64,000 bases of DNA from Candidatus Berkelbacteria bacterium (GCA_016432625.1 CP066697.1:522561-586560); one strand, 5' to 3'; shown: positions 40,601-50,649, counted from the first letter of the stretch. Numbers and translations: made by a program. The notes: generated by a model not told the origin, from the letters alone.

Positions 40601-43600
40601 AGTTGGTTCAACCAACAGCGATACAGCTGATTGCGCCATCACGTTTGGTTCGGGAACGGCAACGAACTGCTCCAATACACGAGATTTAGTTGGGCCGGGG
40701 ACGGCCAATCGATTTGATAACGCCGCCGAAGATGAATCGGCAACGATGGGAACAGGTGACGCCAATGCGTACTACGCATTCGATAATGAAACAACTCCGG
40801 ACACCACTGCTGAAGAATCGACTTCGGCCAACATCTCGTTTCCGGTTACGCAACCAACCAACAGCTCGATCGTTGGCGAGCATTACGCTTCCCGCTTCTC
40901 CGGCTGCGGTAACACCGGCAATGCCTGTGGAGCTGCGGCGCTGACAGTTCAGGCTGCGTTCAAGGATTACTCCGGCTTCAACGCGGCGCTTGGAGGCTAT
41001 AGCACACTGGTAGGCGGCACTTCAGGCTCATCGACGTTAGCATATACCGACAGTATTACGGCCATGTCGATTGCTATCTACGGCCAACAAGCCAACCCTG
41101 AAGATTATATTGATACGGCGGGCAACAAGATCAACATGCGCTTGCGTCCAACTACTCCCGGCACGGCGGCCAGCAACGTCACCACCGTCTGGGATTTTGC
41201 GATGGTTAGTATCCAGTGGATCGAAATCGGCAGCATCATCGATATCCAAGGCAATTCTAGTGTTGCTAGCCAAACAATCGCCGTCGCTATTGATGGCTTA
41301 CTCCAGGTTGGTAAAACCGCGACGGGTGCTGGCGGCGGCTGTCCGTGTGCTTGGACAATTTCTTCAGTCTTTGTCGGTAAGGGTCGAGCAGTCTTAGTTT
41401 GGCACGACGGAGCCAGCGACGCGAACGAATCAAGTGGGATAACCAATTACGACGGGAGCGGCAACATCACTGGCATGGAGCTGACCGCTCACACTCTCTC
41501 GGTTGGGTCAACCGACGATCAGTCTAAAACTTACTCTGAGCTAGTTCTTTTCGACAACGATGCGGACGAAGACGTGATGTATAAGGCCGTCTCCAATGCG
41601 ATAACCGTTGACGCAACGAGTACTTATTCAGACGACACGTTGAATATCTTAAGCGGCGACACCTTGATCGTCGGTGGCAGCGAGACGTTAGCAGCTTACA
41701 ACATCACAATTGATGGTACCTTAACCTCAGGTGGTGCCACTGCCTATACTATTCAAGGTGACTGGGTCAATAATGGCACCTTCAACGAGTCAACGAGTAA
41801 CGTGACGATGAACGGCACAACGAGCGAGGATCTAGATTCTGGGTGTAGCGATACTGATACTTGTACAGCCGAGAATTTTTATAATTTAACAATTAATAAA
41901 ACTGACGGCGACGACGCCAACGACAACGCGACACTGACCAATTTTGGTGTTCGCGTTACCAACATCCTAACAATTACCGACGGTGAGCTGATCCAGGGCA
42001 CGTTCAACGTTAGGGCCGAAGGCAGCAGCGCTGTCTCCGTGGCCGCGGCCGGTAAATGGACGAATATATCTACCGGGGATGTGAAACTCGGCGGCACCGT
42101 CGTCAACGACGGAGCAATAATCCTTAACTCTAACAACGGCACTCAATGCGTTGACGCAGCTAACGATATTGCGATCACCTCGACGAGCGGCGGCTCAGTC
42201 CGAACCTGGTCGGGCAGCGGGACAGAGACGATCTATAATGTGGCAGCAACCGATATGGCTGACAGCACAGTTACTGCCTATACCTCAACTCTGACTAATA
42301 CAACTTGGTCGGTGGGCGCTTGTGGTATCACGATTTCTGGTGGTTGCTTCACCGATGAAGGCGAGGGAACGGGCTGTACTGACGATCCAGCTAGCGAAAT
42401 TAAGGTGGCTGTGAATGGCACGCCTAGCGGCGCGGTTGACGTTGGTGTTGATAGTAGCTGGTCACTTACCGGCGTCACTCAACCATCAGCCAACGATATT
42501 CTGGTCATATATATCAACGCCGAATCGACTGAAACTGAGGAAGCGACTACGGTCATAAAGTACGACGGTGCCGGCGACGTCACCAACGTCCGTCTCTATC
42601 TTTCGCAGCTAGTGATAGGCGCTGATTCCGGTTCGACCAACAGCGATCAGACAATCACTGTCGCCGATATGGACACAACCACCAACGGTTACGAGAACAG
42701 CGACGATGAGGACGTCCTCTACGACGTCACGGCCGGCGCCGATCTAACCGTTGACGCTGAGGCCAACAAATCCGAGCAGCTCTATATTATTAACGGCGAT
42801 ACTTATCGGCCGGCATCAGGTGGTGGCTCCGACACGTCAACGCTCAACTTAGAGATTGATACGTCGGCTGTGGTTACCGCCGACTCTAACGCCTTTGCTA
42901 TTGCTGGCGACTGGAATAACAACGGAACGTTTACCGCTAATACCTCAACCGTCACGTTTTCTGGAACATCCAAAACTCTGTCCGGAACAATGACCGGCTC
43001 GACCGGCAAGTTTAATGATCTGGTTTTCAACGGTTTGGGCGGAAGTTGGGGTTTTAACGCTGCCGTTGAGGCCGGCAACGATTTCACGGTGACAAACGGA
43101 GCAGTGACAGCTAATAACAACAACCTCACTGTTGGGCGCGACTTCACGCTGGCTAACACCGCTGGCGTTTCTTATACTGCCGGCTCCTCAACACTTAATA
43201 TCACTCGGCACTTCAACGACACTGGCGGCACCAAATTCGTTGAAGACACCTCGACGGTCAATCAAACTGGCACCGGAACGATCACGGTCGGAAACGGCGG
43301 CGACTTTAATAACCTATCAATCGGTTATACGGGTTTTACAACGACGCTCTCAAATAACAACTGGGATGTTTTTGGGATAATTACACTTAACGGCGGCTCT
43401 GTTACAGGTGGCGGTTCGTACATCAACCTCTTCAGGGGCACGACAGGATCATCCGTTACATTTGCCAGCGCGACAACGCTTTCGGGAACCCAAACAATCT
43501 ACCACCGTGCCTCGGCCGGAAGTATCACCTACACCATCACCGGCGGTAACTACGGCAGTTGGGGCGTAGTTCCAATCTCTCCGACTGGTATCAACAGCGT

Positions 43601-45656
43601 CATCTACACGTTAGGCGGCAACTTCACCTCAACTGGGTTTATCCGCTTGGAGGCTGATGATGGAGTGACGGGTAGCACTTTCAATACCAGTGGCTCGAAC
43701 TATTCCATTACAACGCCCAGTATCACCGTTGCTCCATGCGCACCAACGCGGACAGGTGCCTGGGCAATCGACTTTAATGACTCATCGATCGCCTTAACTA
43801 GCACAGTAACGTCATTTGCTCTGGGTTCAAACTGCGGTTCCCATACATTAGATCTGGATACGTCGGATGTGACGGTCAACGGTGGTGTTCAGTTTGTGAA
43901 CGGCACTACCTCCCTAACCGTTACCCCCGGTTCATCAGATTTCACCTTCGCCCCGACCGCCTCGCAGACCGAAACCTACGCACCAAATGCTCAGTCGCTC
44001 TGGAATATGATCATTAACGGCGCTAACGGCGCTGCAACAATCCAGCCGTCCAGCGCCGTCGACGTCAATAACAACTTCACAATTACTGCCGGAACGTACG
44101 ACACAGTAACCGCTCAGAATTACGCCTTAACTGTTGGTGGTAACTTTTCAAATAGCGGCACCTTCACCGCGCAAAATGCTAACGTGACCCTTGACGGTAG
44201 TTCAACGCAAACTGTTAGCGGAACACTAACCGGGGCATCGGCTTTCTATAACCTAATTGTCACAAATGTATCCGGTGCCTCAGCTTCAGACTGCGAGCGA
44301 ACCGGCTTTACACCATCAGTTGATTTTAATGTTGATGTAACCGCCACTAATAACCTTACCTTCACTACGGCAAACACTCGCATTGAGTACGATGATGGCA
44401 ATACCTACACCTTCAATAATATTAACTGGAACGGACAAGCCAGTGGCACGCGGATTTTCTTCCGAAATTCAGCAGCCAGCGGCACTTGGCTATTAAAGGT
44501 AACTGGTACTCAAACTGCTGTGTCGTTCATTAATGTCTCTCGAAGTGATGCTTCGGTGGTCGGCGGCAGTACCATCGCCGCGACAGATGGAAGTAATGTC
44601 AATTGCAACAACAACACCAACTGGGACTTTGGCGCTTCGACCTATGAACAGGCGGATTTCAGATTCGGTAATGAGCCAGAAGACACTTCGACAGACAGCG
44701 ATTACACCGGCGTACCGGCTGAAAACACTGCTTACCCGACGAACGGAACGGGGGATGTTTTTCGGTTGAGACAATTGATCCACGTGAGCGGTAGCAATCT
44801 CAGCATTAGCGGCGAGAATTTCAAGTTACGTTTTGGAGAAAAGACCACCTCGGATTGTACTAGCGGTGTCACTTGGGGCGACGTCGCCTCTGGTTCAGGC
44901 GTGATTAGATATTCCAATGGTTCGCCGGCTGACGGCGATAACATAACTAGTAATGCCGGCGACCCAGACCACGCTGGGCACACAAAGCAGTATCAAGATT
45001 ATGAGGAAGCCAACAACTTTACTAACTCCGTATCAGCAATTAACGTCGGCGAGGACGGAGTCTGGTCATTTTCCCTGGAGAATAACTCTGCCGTTGGCGG
45101 AAAAAGATATTGCTTTAAAGTCACTAAATCCGACAATACCGACCTTGATACTTACACCTTCTACCCGGAGGTGATTGTAGAGGAAGAGCTGATTGCCAGT
45201 TTGGATGCGACGAGCAAAGATTTTGGCGTGGTTCAACCAGGCGGCAACCCGACTGATGTCAGCTCAACGCTTACTACAAGTACCAACTCTAGTACCGGTT
45301 ACGTCGTCTACACCTGGTCCACGCAAGCAATGACTCGCGGTAGTTTCACAATCGCCGACTGGACAGGAACTAACGCCTCGCCGACAATTTTCGGTAACGG
45401 CAGTTTCGGTTTTGGCTATACGACGAACGATATTACTTTAACGGGAGGCACTGCTGACCGTTTTAACCCAGGAGGCGCTGGTGCTAAGTACGCCGGCTAT
45501 ACTCATGTCGGACCAGGAGACCCAGTTGCCGACCGGACAAGCGGCCCAACGACCGGGCAAACAGATACCGTGACATATCGTCTTGCCGCCGGTGGAAGTC
45601 AGGCCGCGGGGAAATACCAGACAGTGATAGTGTATGTTTGGAGCGTCACGTTCTGA
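37611..45656 (+). CDS. Giant secreted adhesin-like protein B (2681 aa)
   Basis: Signal/anchor; tandem ~574-aa Cys-containing head; stalk blocks shared with protein A; C-terminal pilin/WxL-like domain ending AGKYQTVIVYVWSVTF. Confidence 0.85.
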   Translation: MEGKLRGRIDGVYRSGVTLLANTWKNHPYRFPVLLIVFLLSLTVSNSLVFFPKNEDGTRAETAKASTYQFVPTGGNLVTGTDLNANSLLAAAAEGVNTGSWKGTLADDNFHWVVDMLASGTPNVNMQLDLGTAKLTNANKLLIQTEIDMDNASHLLTVQICDWVSSTSVDAAADSQCTTGGWRSLNSQNASNADVTIGLTTSTGFQWHIFDGYFTTGTTGGSAISTPLTNFTSSDTQPIRIRYWSDSDVTCSSDCNLGIDFLRATAFVDSIYHPAGVVNQNGSGGALAGTYANAHVVGNSSTAQQSVTAGNAVYLTGAGTAGSVADYYLVFKNVKTYTGANTFYFKADYSCSAATAGLDHKFSIYNFATTTWVDLNSAVIACSVTDATNAWAENNITPSDFIDESASDEVRVRFLGDLNSTTTLRIDFAYLVLGSTNADSAQCEVTWGTGTATNCANTRDLVGPATATVFSDPAETRSNTADNDYYALDCDFNTTANECSAANIDFPVTVPVDAQVVVNHFAGRFAGDLVGTTNPDLTAQMGIRDYSGTPTSTSGPGGWTLVGASSATLTQIYTDSITALLIGTYGMQINPDDHVDTNNNEMNLRLRTTLSGLDSQDSRWEWDFAMVSIGWVVDSSHPTRDYQFAPTGDTLAAGTETARLALTAAANTGVNTGGWQGTLGDDNLHWTVNGANVVGTNFDVQLNFTTAKQNGANMMLIQTEFDTDLNIGAKIQICDWVSSTSVDAAADGNCTTGGWRSINSQDASNNDVTYTGTTAVVLQWHIFDGYFTTGTTGGSAISTPLGNFFHSSNGVKIRYFSTTQTATAIDIDFLRIQPIIDTIYHPASVTNLNGSGGALAGTYANAHVVGNTVSAQQSVTAGNAVYLTGAGTAGSIADYYLSFKNIKTYAGMNTFYFKADYSCSAATANLDTEFAIYNFTSAAWEDLTTAAIACSTTDATHAWAKNNVTMADYINGGETRIRYYGDLNSATTLRLDFAYLVVGSTNSDTADCAITFGSGTATNCSNTRDLVGPGTANRFDNAAEDESATMGTGDANAYYAFDNETTPDTTAEESTSANISFPVTQPTNSSIVGEHYASRFSGCGNTGNACGAAALTVQAAFKDYSGFNAALGGYSTLVGGTSGSSTLAYTDSITAMSIAIYGQQANPEDYIDTAGNKINMRLRPTTPGTAASNVTTVWDFAMVSIQWIEIGSIIDIQGNSSVASQTIAVAIDGLLQVGKTATGAGGGCPCAWTISSVFVGKGRAVLVWHDGASDANESSGITNYDGSGNITGMELTAHTLSVGSTDDQSKTYSELVLFDNDADEDVMYKAVSNAITVDATSTYSDDTLNILSGDTLIVGGSETLAAYNITIDGTLTSGGATAYTIQGDWVNNGTFNESTSNVTMNGTTSEDLDSGCSDTDTCTAENFYNLTINKTDGDDANDNATLTNFGVRVTNILTITDGELIQGTFNVRAEGSSAVSVAAAGKWTNISTGDVKLGGTVVNDGAIILNSNNGTQCVDAANDIAITSTSGGSVRTWSGSGTETIYNVAATDMADSTVTAYTSTLTNTTWSVGACGITISGGCFTDEGEGTGCTDDPASEIKVAVNGTPSGAVDVGVDSSWSLTGVTQPSANDILVIYINAESTETEEATTVIKYDGAGDVTNVRLYLSQLVIGADSGSTNSDQTITVADMDTTTNGYENSDDEDVLYDVTAGADLTVDAEANKSEQLYIINGDTYRPASGGGSDTSTLNLEIDTSAVVTADSNAFAIAGDWNNNGTFTANTSTVTFSGTSKTLSGTMTGSTGKFNDLVFNGLGGSWGFNAAVEAGNDFTVTNGAVTANNNNLTVGRDFTLANTAGVSYTAGSSTLNITRHFNDTGGTKFVEDTSTVNQTGTGTITVGNGGDFNNLSIGYTGFTTTLSNNNWDVFGIITLNGGSVTGGGSYINLFRGTTGSSVTFASATTLSGTQTIYHRASAGSITYTITGGNYGSWGVVPISPTGINSVIYTLGGNFTSTGFIRLEADDGVTGSTFNTSGSNYSITTPSITVAPCAPTRTGAWAIDFNDSSIALTSTVTSFALGSNCGSHTLDLDTSDVTVNGGVQFVNGTTSLTVTPGSSDFTFAPTASQTETYAPNAQSLWNMIINGANGAATIQPSSAVDVNNNFTITAGTYDTVTAQNYALTVGGNFSNSGTFTAQNANVTLDGSSTQTVSGTLTGASAFYNLIVTNVSGASASDCERTGFTPSVDFNVDVTATNNLTFTTANTRIEYDDGNTYTFNNINWNGQASGTRIFFRNSAASGTWLLKVTGTQTAVSFINVSRSDASVVGGSTIAATDGSNVNCNNNTNWDFGASTYEQADFRFGNEPEDTSTDSDYTGVPAENTAYPTNGTGDVFRLRQLIHVSGSNLSISGENFKLRFGEKTTSDCTSGVTWGDVASGSGVIRYSNGSPADGDNITSNAGDPDHAGHTKQYQDYEEANNFTNSVSAINVGEDGVWSFSLENNSAVGGKRYCFKVTKSDNTDLDTYTFYPEVIVEEELIASLDATSKDFGVVQPGGNPTDVSSTLTTSTNSSTGYVVYTWSTQAMTRGSFTIADWTGTNASPTIFGNGSFGFGYTTNDITLTGGTADRFNPGGAGAKYAGYTHVGPGDPVADRTSGPTTGQTDTVTYRLAAGGSQAAGKYQTVIVYVWSVTF

Positions 45657-46618
45657 TGAAAAAACTTATCCTCACAACATTATTACTTTTGCTTCTCCCC
45701 GTCGTACCAACTGCTTTGGCTCAAGGCGGGGCAATCTCGCCGACTATCGGTGTTACCCCAGCGAAATTGTTTGAGACCGTTACCCCAGAGAAAAAGCAAC
45801 AATTTACCATTAAATTACGTAATTTAGGCATCGACCCTCTGCCGCTGACTGCTTCAACGACCGACGTTGACGGTATTACTGACGAAGGGATTCCGGTGTT
45901 TAGCGAGGCCGTAGCACCGAGATCGGCTAGCTCGTGGATCGCTTTAAGTAGTACGGACGTCATTGTTTCACCTGGGGAGACCAAAGAGCTCGCCCTTAGC
46001 GTTACGCCACCAAAAGATGCCGCACCAGGCGGTTACACGGCAGCGATTATCTTCCAAGCTCAGCTGCCCTCGTACTATTTCGACCTCGATGCGTCAGCTC
46101 GTATCCTACCGGCAATCTCGGTCTTGGCCTTCTTCACGATCCCCGGTAGCGGCGAAATACAGGTGGACAAAGTGTCGTTAGAGAGCCTGAAGGTTCCACG
46201 AATTGTAGTCAGCACGCCGCTATCGGTAGTGGCGGACGTTAAAAATGATAGTAATTTCTTCGTACAGGCCGACGCCCAGGCCACTATTACTAACGTCATC
46301 AGCAAGAAGGCCAAAACCTCAAAGATCGGTTCGATAATCCTGCTCCCTGAAAAAAGTCGAAAATTCATTACAGCATTCGAAGAAGCCATCTGGCCCGGTG
46401 TTTACACCGCAACAATTAACTTTACCCAAGGAGATAAGGTTTTAGTTGGCAGCGCTAAATTCGTCGCCTTGCCTTGGGCGTTCATCATCTTACTGGCCTT
46501 ACTCGCCTTCTTGGCTCTTGGATTTGCCGGACGAAGACGGGTGAGACACGCCTGGTTAGTCTTGCGCGGTAAGGAACATGAGCTCGCCGCTACTAAAAAG
46601 CGTCCGACTCTACGTTAA
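45656..46618 (+). CDS. Membrane-anchored DUF916/DUF3324-like protein C2
   Basis: TGATG coupling to protein B; IGVTP, PGGYTAAIIF, LPEKSRKF, PGVYTA, TM plus basic tail. Confidence 0.7.
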   Translation: MKKLILTTLLLLLLPVVPTALAQGGAISPTIGVTPAKLFETVTPEKKQQFTIKLRNLGIDPLPLTASTTDVDGITDEGIPVFSEAVAPRSASSWIALSSTDVIVSPGETKELALSVTPPKDAAPGGYTAAIIFQAQLPSYYFDLDASARILPAISVLAFFTIPGSGEIQVDKVSLESLKVPRIVVSTPLSVVADVKNDSNFFVQADAQATITNVISKKAKTSKIGSIILLPEKSRKFITAFEEAIWPGVYTATINFTQGDKVLVGSAKFVALPWAFIILLALLAFLALGFAGRRRVRHAWLVLRGKEHELAATKKRPTLR

Positions 46619-46657
46619 GACTTGACAAAGAAGCGTCGAGGTCTGATATTGGAGTTA

Positions 46658-47809
46658 ATGAGTAGAGGGAGGGCAGTCATGAATCAGTTGCGGGGTTTAT
46701 TTTACTTGGTCTTACTGTCCGGCTTAGTCGTTGTCAACTTTTGGGTTCAACCAGTTTCTGCTGTTGCACCTGAAGATTTGACCGTCCTCTTATCGGATTC
46801 GCGCCCCTCAACGGTTGCTAACTGGACTATTACTCACGATCAAGAAGCAACCGCTCAACTTCAAGCCGCCGATACTTTAGTCTTAACCATACCAACCGGA
46901 TTCGCTATTGGTAGCGTTGATCAGACCGACATCGACTTTAAGGTCGCCTCAACAGACGAGGTTCTGCAAACTGGTGCTTGTGGCGCCACTGACACGGTTC
47001 GCTACACTATTGCCGGTCAGGTAATGACGTTCGACCCGTGCGACAGTTACACCGCCGAAGCCGCTGGCTCGATTATCGAAATTGAGATTGGTTTACACGC
47101 CTTATTTACCGACACCGCTAACGCCCAGATCACCAACCACGCAACCCCCGCAACTTACACCGTGACGAGCGATACTTCAGATGAGGATGCTAAAGATGCA
47201 CTAATTGCGGTTGTCAGTGGGGTAACTGTATCTGCCACTGTCGATGAATCGCTAACCGTTGCCGTTAATGCTGTTTCAGCGGGAGCGGCCTGTGATGATA
47301 ACGGCGGCACACCAACTGAAATCACCACAACAGCAACAACGGTGCCGTTTGCTACTGTGGCCACGGAAGCATTCTATAACGGGTGCCAGAGAATTGACGT
47401 TGATACTAACGCGGCGGGTGGCTACACTGTCACCATTGCTCAGACTCAACTTTTAACTTCGGGCGCAACTACGATTGCCGAGGGAACGTGCGATGGTGCA
47501 TGTAACGACACCACACTTGGGGGCTGGGAAACAGCGACCAACAACGGTTTCGGTTACTGCGCCGACGATCGAGCTGGTAACGCTGGTGCGGATGCTGGAA
47601 TTGCCGCGGCGGATCAGTGCGACGATACAACACCTCTCTACTACACCTTCTTCACCGATCCAACGGAACCGACTGTCGACTTCATGTTTTCCTCGGGACC
47701 AATATCCGGTGATCAAACTAACGTCTCCTTCCATCTATCAGTGCCAGGAGACCAGTCAGCAGGCACATATCAAAACGTTGTTTACTACGTCGCGACGCCT
47801 ACTTTCTAA
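46658..47809 (+). CDS. Secreted two-domain pilin/WxL-like subunit P4
   Basis: LSDSRP...IIEIEIG...ITN, VTVSATVDESLT, TNAAGGY, GFGY, AGTYQNVVYYVATPTF; start 46658 or 46679. Confidence 0.75.
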   Translation: MSRGRAVMNQLRGLFYLVLLSGLVVVNFWVQPVSAVAPEDLTVLLSDSRPSTVANWTITHDQEATAQLQAADTLVLTIPTGFAIGSVDQTDIDFKVASTDEVLQTGACGATDTVRYTIAGQVMTFDPCDSYTAEAAGSIIEIEIGLHALFTDTANAQITNHATPATYTVTSDTSDEDAKDALIAVVSGVTVSATVDESLTVAVNAVSAGAACDDNGGTPTEITTTATTVPFATVATEAFYNGCQRIDVDTNAAGGYTVTIAQTQLLTSGATTIAEGTCDGACNDTTLGGWETATNNGFGYCADDRAGNAGADAGIAAADQCDDTTPLYYTFFTDPTEPTVDFMFSSGPISGDQTNVSFHLSVPGDQSAGTYQNVVYYVATPTF

Positions 47810-47846
47810 ACCTTAACTTCTGTCCTACAATGAGGTGGAATATTTG

Positions 47847-48860
47847 ATGAAGTTAAAGTTCATTTTATTACTCTTAATCGCCTTTTTACTGGGAAGCCTG
47901 TTTGCGGTTCCTGGTTTAACGAGCGCTCAAAGCACAACAGCAATTGCTGTATCACCTGTCAGTTTCGATTTTGGCGTTAACCCAGGCGCCACGGAAACGA
48001 ACGTCCTCAAAGTCACTAACACTTCGGCGGCTGAGCTTCAGCTAGAGGCCCGAATCGAGAATATTGTTGGTGCCGATGACCGTGGACAAGTCACCCTCAC
48101 GGAGGAAGAAACCGAGTTTTCCCTTACCAAATGGGTAACGGCATCACCGTCGCGATTCACTCTCAAGGCGAAGGAAACTCGAACGATATCATTTACGATC
48201 AAAGTCCCCGCCAATGCGGAGCCAGGCGGCCATTATGGCTCCATTCTGATCGGTACTGTGGCAAGCAGCGACCCTGGGGCTAGCACCGGCTCCTCAATTG
48301 TTCAACGCGTTGGCTCATTACTACTTGTTAGAGTCGCTGGTACCGCCAAAGAATCGGCGCTGGCGACAAAATTTTACCCCAAGAACCTAGCAGGTAATTG
48401 GGAAGCAATCACCAGCGACGATAAAACCACCACGTACTATATCGCTAAAGAAGAAGACTTCAGCAAGGAAGCCGAGAAGCATTATTTCAACGCTGGGCCT
48501 GTTGCTTTCAACCTTACCTTCAAGAACAGCGGCAACGTTCACTTTCGCCCCTCTGGGTTCGTGACTATCTACAATATCTTCGGTAAAAAAGTCCAAGAGC
48601 TCTCGATCGAGCCTCGCAACGTTTTCCCTGGGGTTGAACGTGACTTAACCGTTATTTGGCCTCAAAGCAAACTCTGGGGCGGGTACTACAGGGCACAGCT
48701 GCTTGCGGTATACGGACAGTCAAATCAAACAATAAGTGCTACTACAACATTCTGGGCGTTTCCGTGGGTGGCAGCGGTCATTATTGGCACCTTGCTGGTC
48801 TTCATAATCGTGGCCCGTAAACGACTGTTTAAGGTGGTTAAAGTTCTTATCAGGGGTTGA
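47847..48860 (+). CDS. Membrane-anchored DUF916/DUF3324-like protein C3
   Basis: IAVSP, PGGHYGSILI, NSGNVHFRPSG, FPGVER, GYYRA, TM plus basic tail. Confidence 0.7.
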   Translation: MKLKFILLLLIAFLLGSLFAVPGLTSAQSTTAIAVSPVSFDFGVNPGATETNVLKVTNTSAAELQLEARIENIVGADDRGQVTLTEEETEFSLTKWVTASPSRFTLKAKETRTISFTIKVPANAEPGGHYGSILIGTVASSDPGASTGSSIVQRVGSLLLVRVAGTAKESALATKFYPKNLAGNWEAITSDDKTTTYYIAKEEDFSKEAEKHYFNAGPVAFNLTFKNSGNVHFRPSGFVTIYNIFGKKVQELSIEPRNVFPGVERDLTVIWPQSKLWGGYYRAQLLAVYGQSNQTISATTTFWAFPWVAAVIIGTLLVFIIVARKRLFKVVKVLIRG

Positions 48861-48862
48861 TT

Positions 48863-50092
48863 ATGCCCAGGGGGCGGTTATGGGCCATTATTCTTCTCAC
48901 CTTCCTGTCTGTATTCCAAGTTCCCTCAGCACTGGCAGTGCGTCCCGATTCAGTGAAAGACACCTTGAGCGACTCTCGCAAGGCAACAAATAGCCGACAT
49001 ACCATCACTGTTGATATGTCAGCGACGACAGTTTTCTCCGCAGGCGAGAGCTTCGGACTAACTTTTGGTAGCAACTTTACCCTTCCTGCCCTTTCGGCCA
49101 GTGACATCTCATTCGACGACGGTACCAGCCGGACAGTCTTAGCCACTTGCGTTGCCGGCGCCAATAACATCGGCCTTGCTGTTGCCGGGCAGGTTGTGAC
49201 TCTAAGCGCGTGCGCTGGTTTTACCTCAAGTGCTGCAGGAGCAAGTGTCACTATTGTTGTCGGCACAGGATCAACGCTCGTCTCTAACCCCGCCACATCT
49301 GGCATCGCCAGCCTGACAGTCGCCGGTAGCTACGGCGATGATTCACGAACAATAGCAGTCGCTATTATCGAAGGCGTGACTGTCTCCTTAACAATTCCGT
49401 TGCCTAACGGCGATGTTCGCTTTACGGGCGATGTCTTCCCCGGAGCGATCGTCAGTATCTTAGACGGTGGTATGGTCGCCGGAACAACGGTCGCCAACGC
49501 TGCTAGCTTCTTTGATAAGACGATCCAGGGCTTGCTACCAGGGCTGCACACGTTTGGTGTTTTCGGACAATCTCTCGACGGCCGTCGAACTTTAACCTTA
49601 AGCTTCACTATCAACGTTGTCGCTGGCTCCACGGTGACGGTCAGTGGGATTCTACTGCCGCCAGTAATCTCCGTGCCCGCTAGCGAAAAACGGCCAGTTG
49701 CGTTAATTGAGTCTGGGTTAGCACGACACAACAGCACCGTAACAACATTCACTAATAGCCATAATCAGATTTCACAACAGGTTTCGACAAATTCAAATGG
49801 TGAATGGAGCGTCTCGATTGGCGACGTGCTTCATCTCGGGGGCCACACGGCCTCAGCGCTAGTCAATGACGGCAACGGTAACCAATCTGTCTTAACTGAC
49901 GCAAAGTCATTTGAAGTAATGCTCTCGGCCGACCTTAACATCGATAACCTTGTTAGCCTAACGGACTTTTCGATGCTAATGTTCAACTACGGCACCTCTA
50001 ACCCTGCTAATAAGGCTGCCGACATTAACGACAACGGCCCTGTGGACCTAGTAGATTTCTCTGTAATGATGTTTTACTGGACAGGTGGCTAA
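48863..50092 (+). CDS. Secreted adaptor: pilin N-domain, Ig-like domains and C-terminal dockerin
   Basis: KDTLSDSR..NSRHT domain as in P1-P4; duplicated Ca-binding motifs ADLNIDNLVSLTDFS and ADINDNGPVDLVDFS. Confidence 0.75.
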   Translation: MPRGRLWAIILLTFLSVFQVPSALAVRPDSVKDTLSDSRKATNSRHTITVDMSATTVFSAGESFGLTFGSNFTLPALSASDISFDDGTSRTVLATCVAGANNIGLAVAGQVVTLSACAGFTSSAAGASVTIVVGTGSTLVSNPATSGIASLTVAGSYGDDSRTIAVAIIEGVTVSLTIPLPNGDVRFTGDVFPGAIVSILDGGMVAGTTVANAASFFDKTIQGLLPGLHTFGVFGQSLDGRRTLTLSFTINVVAGSTVTVSGILLPPVISVPASEKRPVALIESGLARHNSTVTTFTNSHNQISQQVSTNSNGEWSVSIGDVLHLGGHTASALVNDGNGNQSVLTDAKSFEVMLSADLNIDNLVSLTDFSMLMFNYGTSNPANKAADINDNGPVDLVDFSVMMFYWTGG

Positions 50093-50156
50093 TGAATATT
50101 AGACACTGGCCGGTAGAAGCTCGAAGCGTTAGCAAGATGTTTTACTGGACGGGCGG

Positions 50157-50648
50157 ATGATGAGACGTGTTGTAATACTTATCGCCCTTATTGCTGCCGT
50201 GCTCGTTCTGTATTGGCTTCTGAGGTTACCAGGAAGCGCAAAAATCGATCTTCAAGCACCCAAAACCATCTCAGCCGGTCAGAATTTTGAAGTCCCTCTG
50301 CGGCTCAGCGTTCCGACTGCTATTAATGCCGCCGAGTTTTACTTCAGCTTCCCTAACGACAAGCTCGAGGTGATCGAAATCAAAAAGGAGGGTAGCTTCT
50401 TCGCTCTCTGGATCACTGGTTTCCCCAAATTCACTAACGAGTCAGGTAGCCTAGAGTTGGCGGGTGGCCTGCCCAAACCTGGTTTCAGTGGCAAAAATGG
50501 CTTGGTTGCAACCGTCGTCTTTAAGGCAAAAGCCAGCGGCGAAGCAATTATTAGTTTGGACTCGAAAAAAAGCCGATTACTCGCTAACGACGGTCTTGGC
50601 AGCCAAGTTGTCTCTACCTTTCAACCTGTCACAATAAATATTAAGTAA
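50157..50648 (+). CDS. Cohesin-domain protein with N-terminal membrane anchor
   Basis: INAAEFYFSFP..KLEV, SFFALW, AGGLPKPG, VVFKAKASGEA, LLANDGLG. Confidence 0.7.
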   Translation: MMRRVVILIALIAAVLVLYWLLRLPGSAKIDLQAPKTISAGQNFEVPLRLSVPTAINAAEFYFSFPNDKLEVIEIKKEGSFFALWITGFPKFTNESGSLELAGGLPKPGFSGKNGLVATVVFKAKASGEAIISLDSKKSRLLANDGLGSQVVSTFQPVTINIK

Positions 50649-50649
50649 G

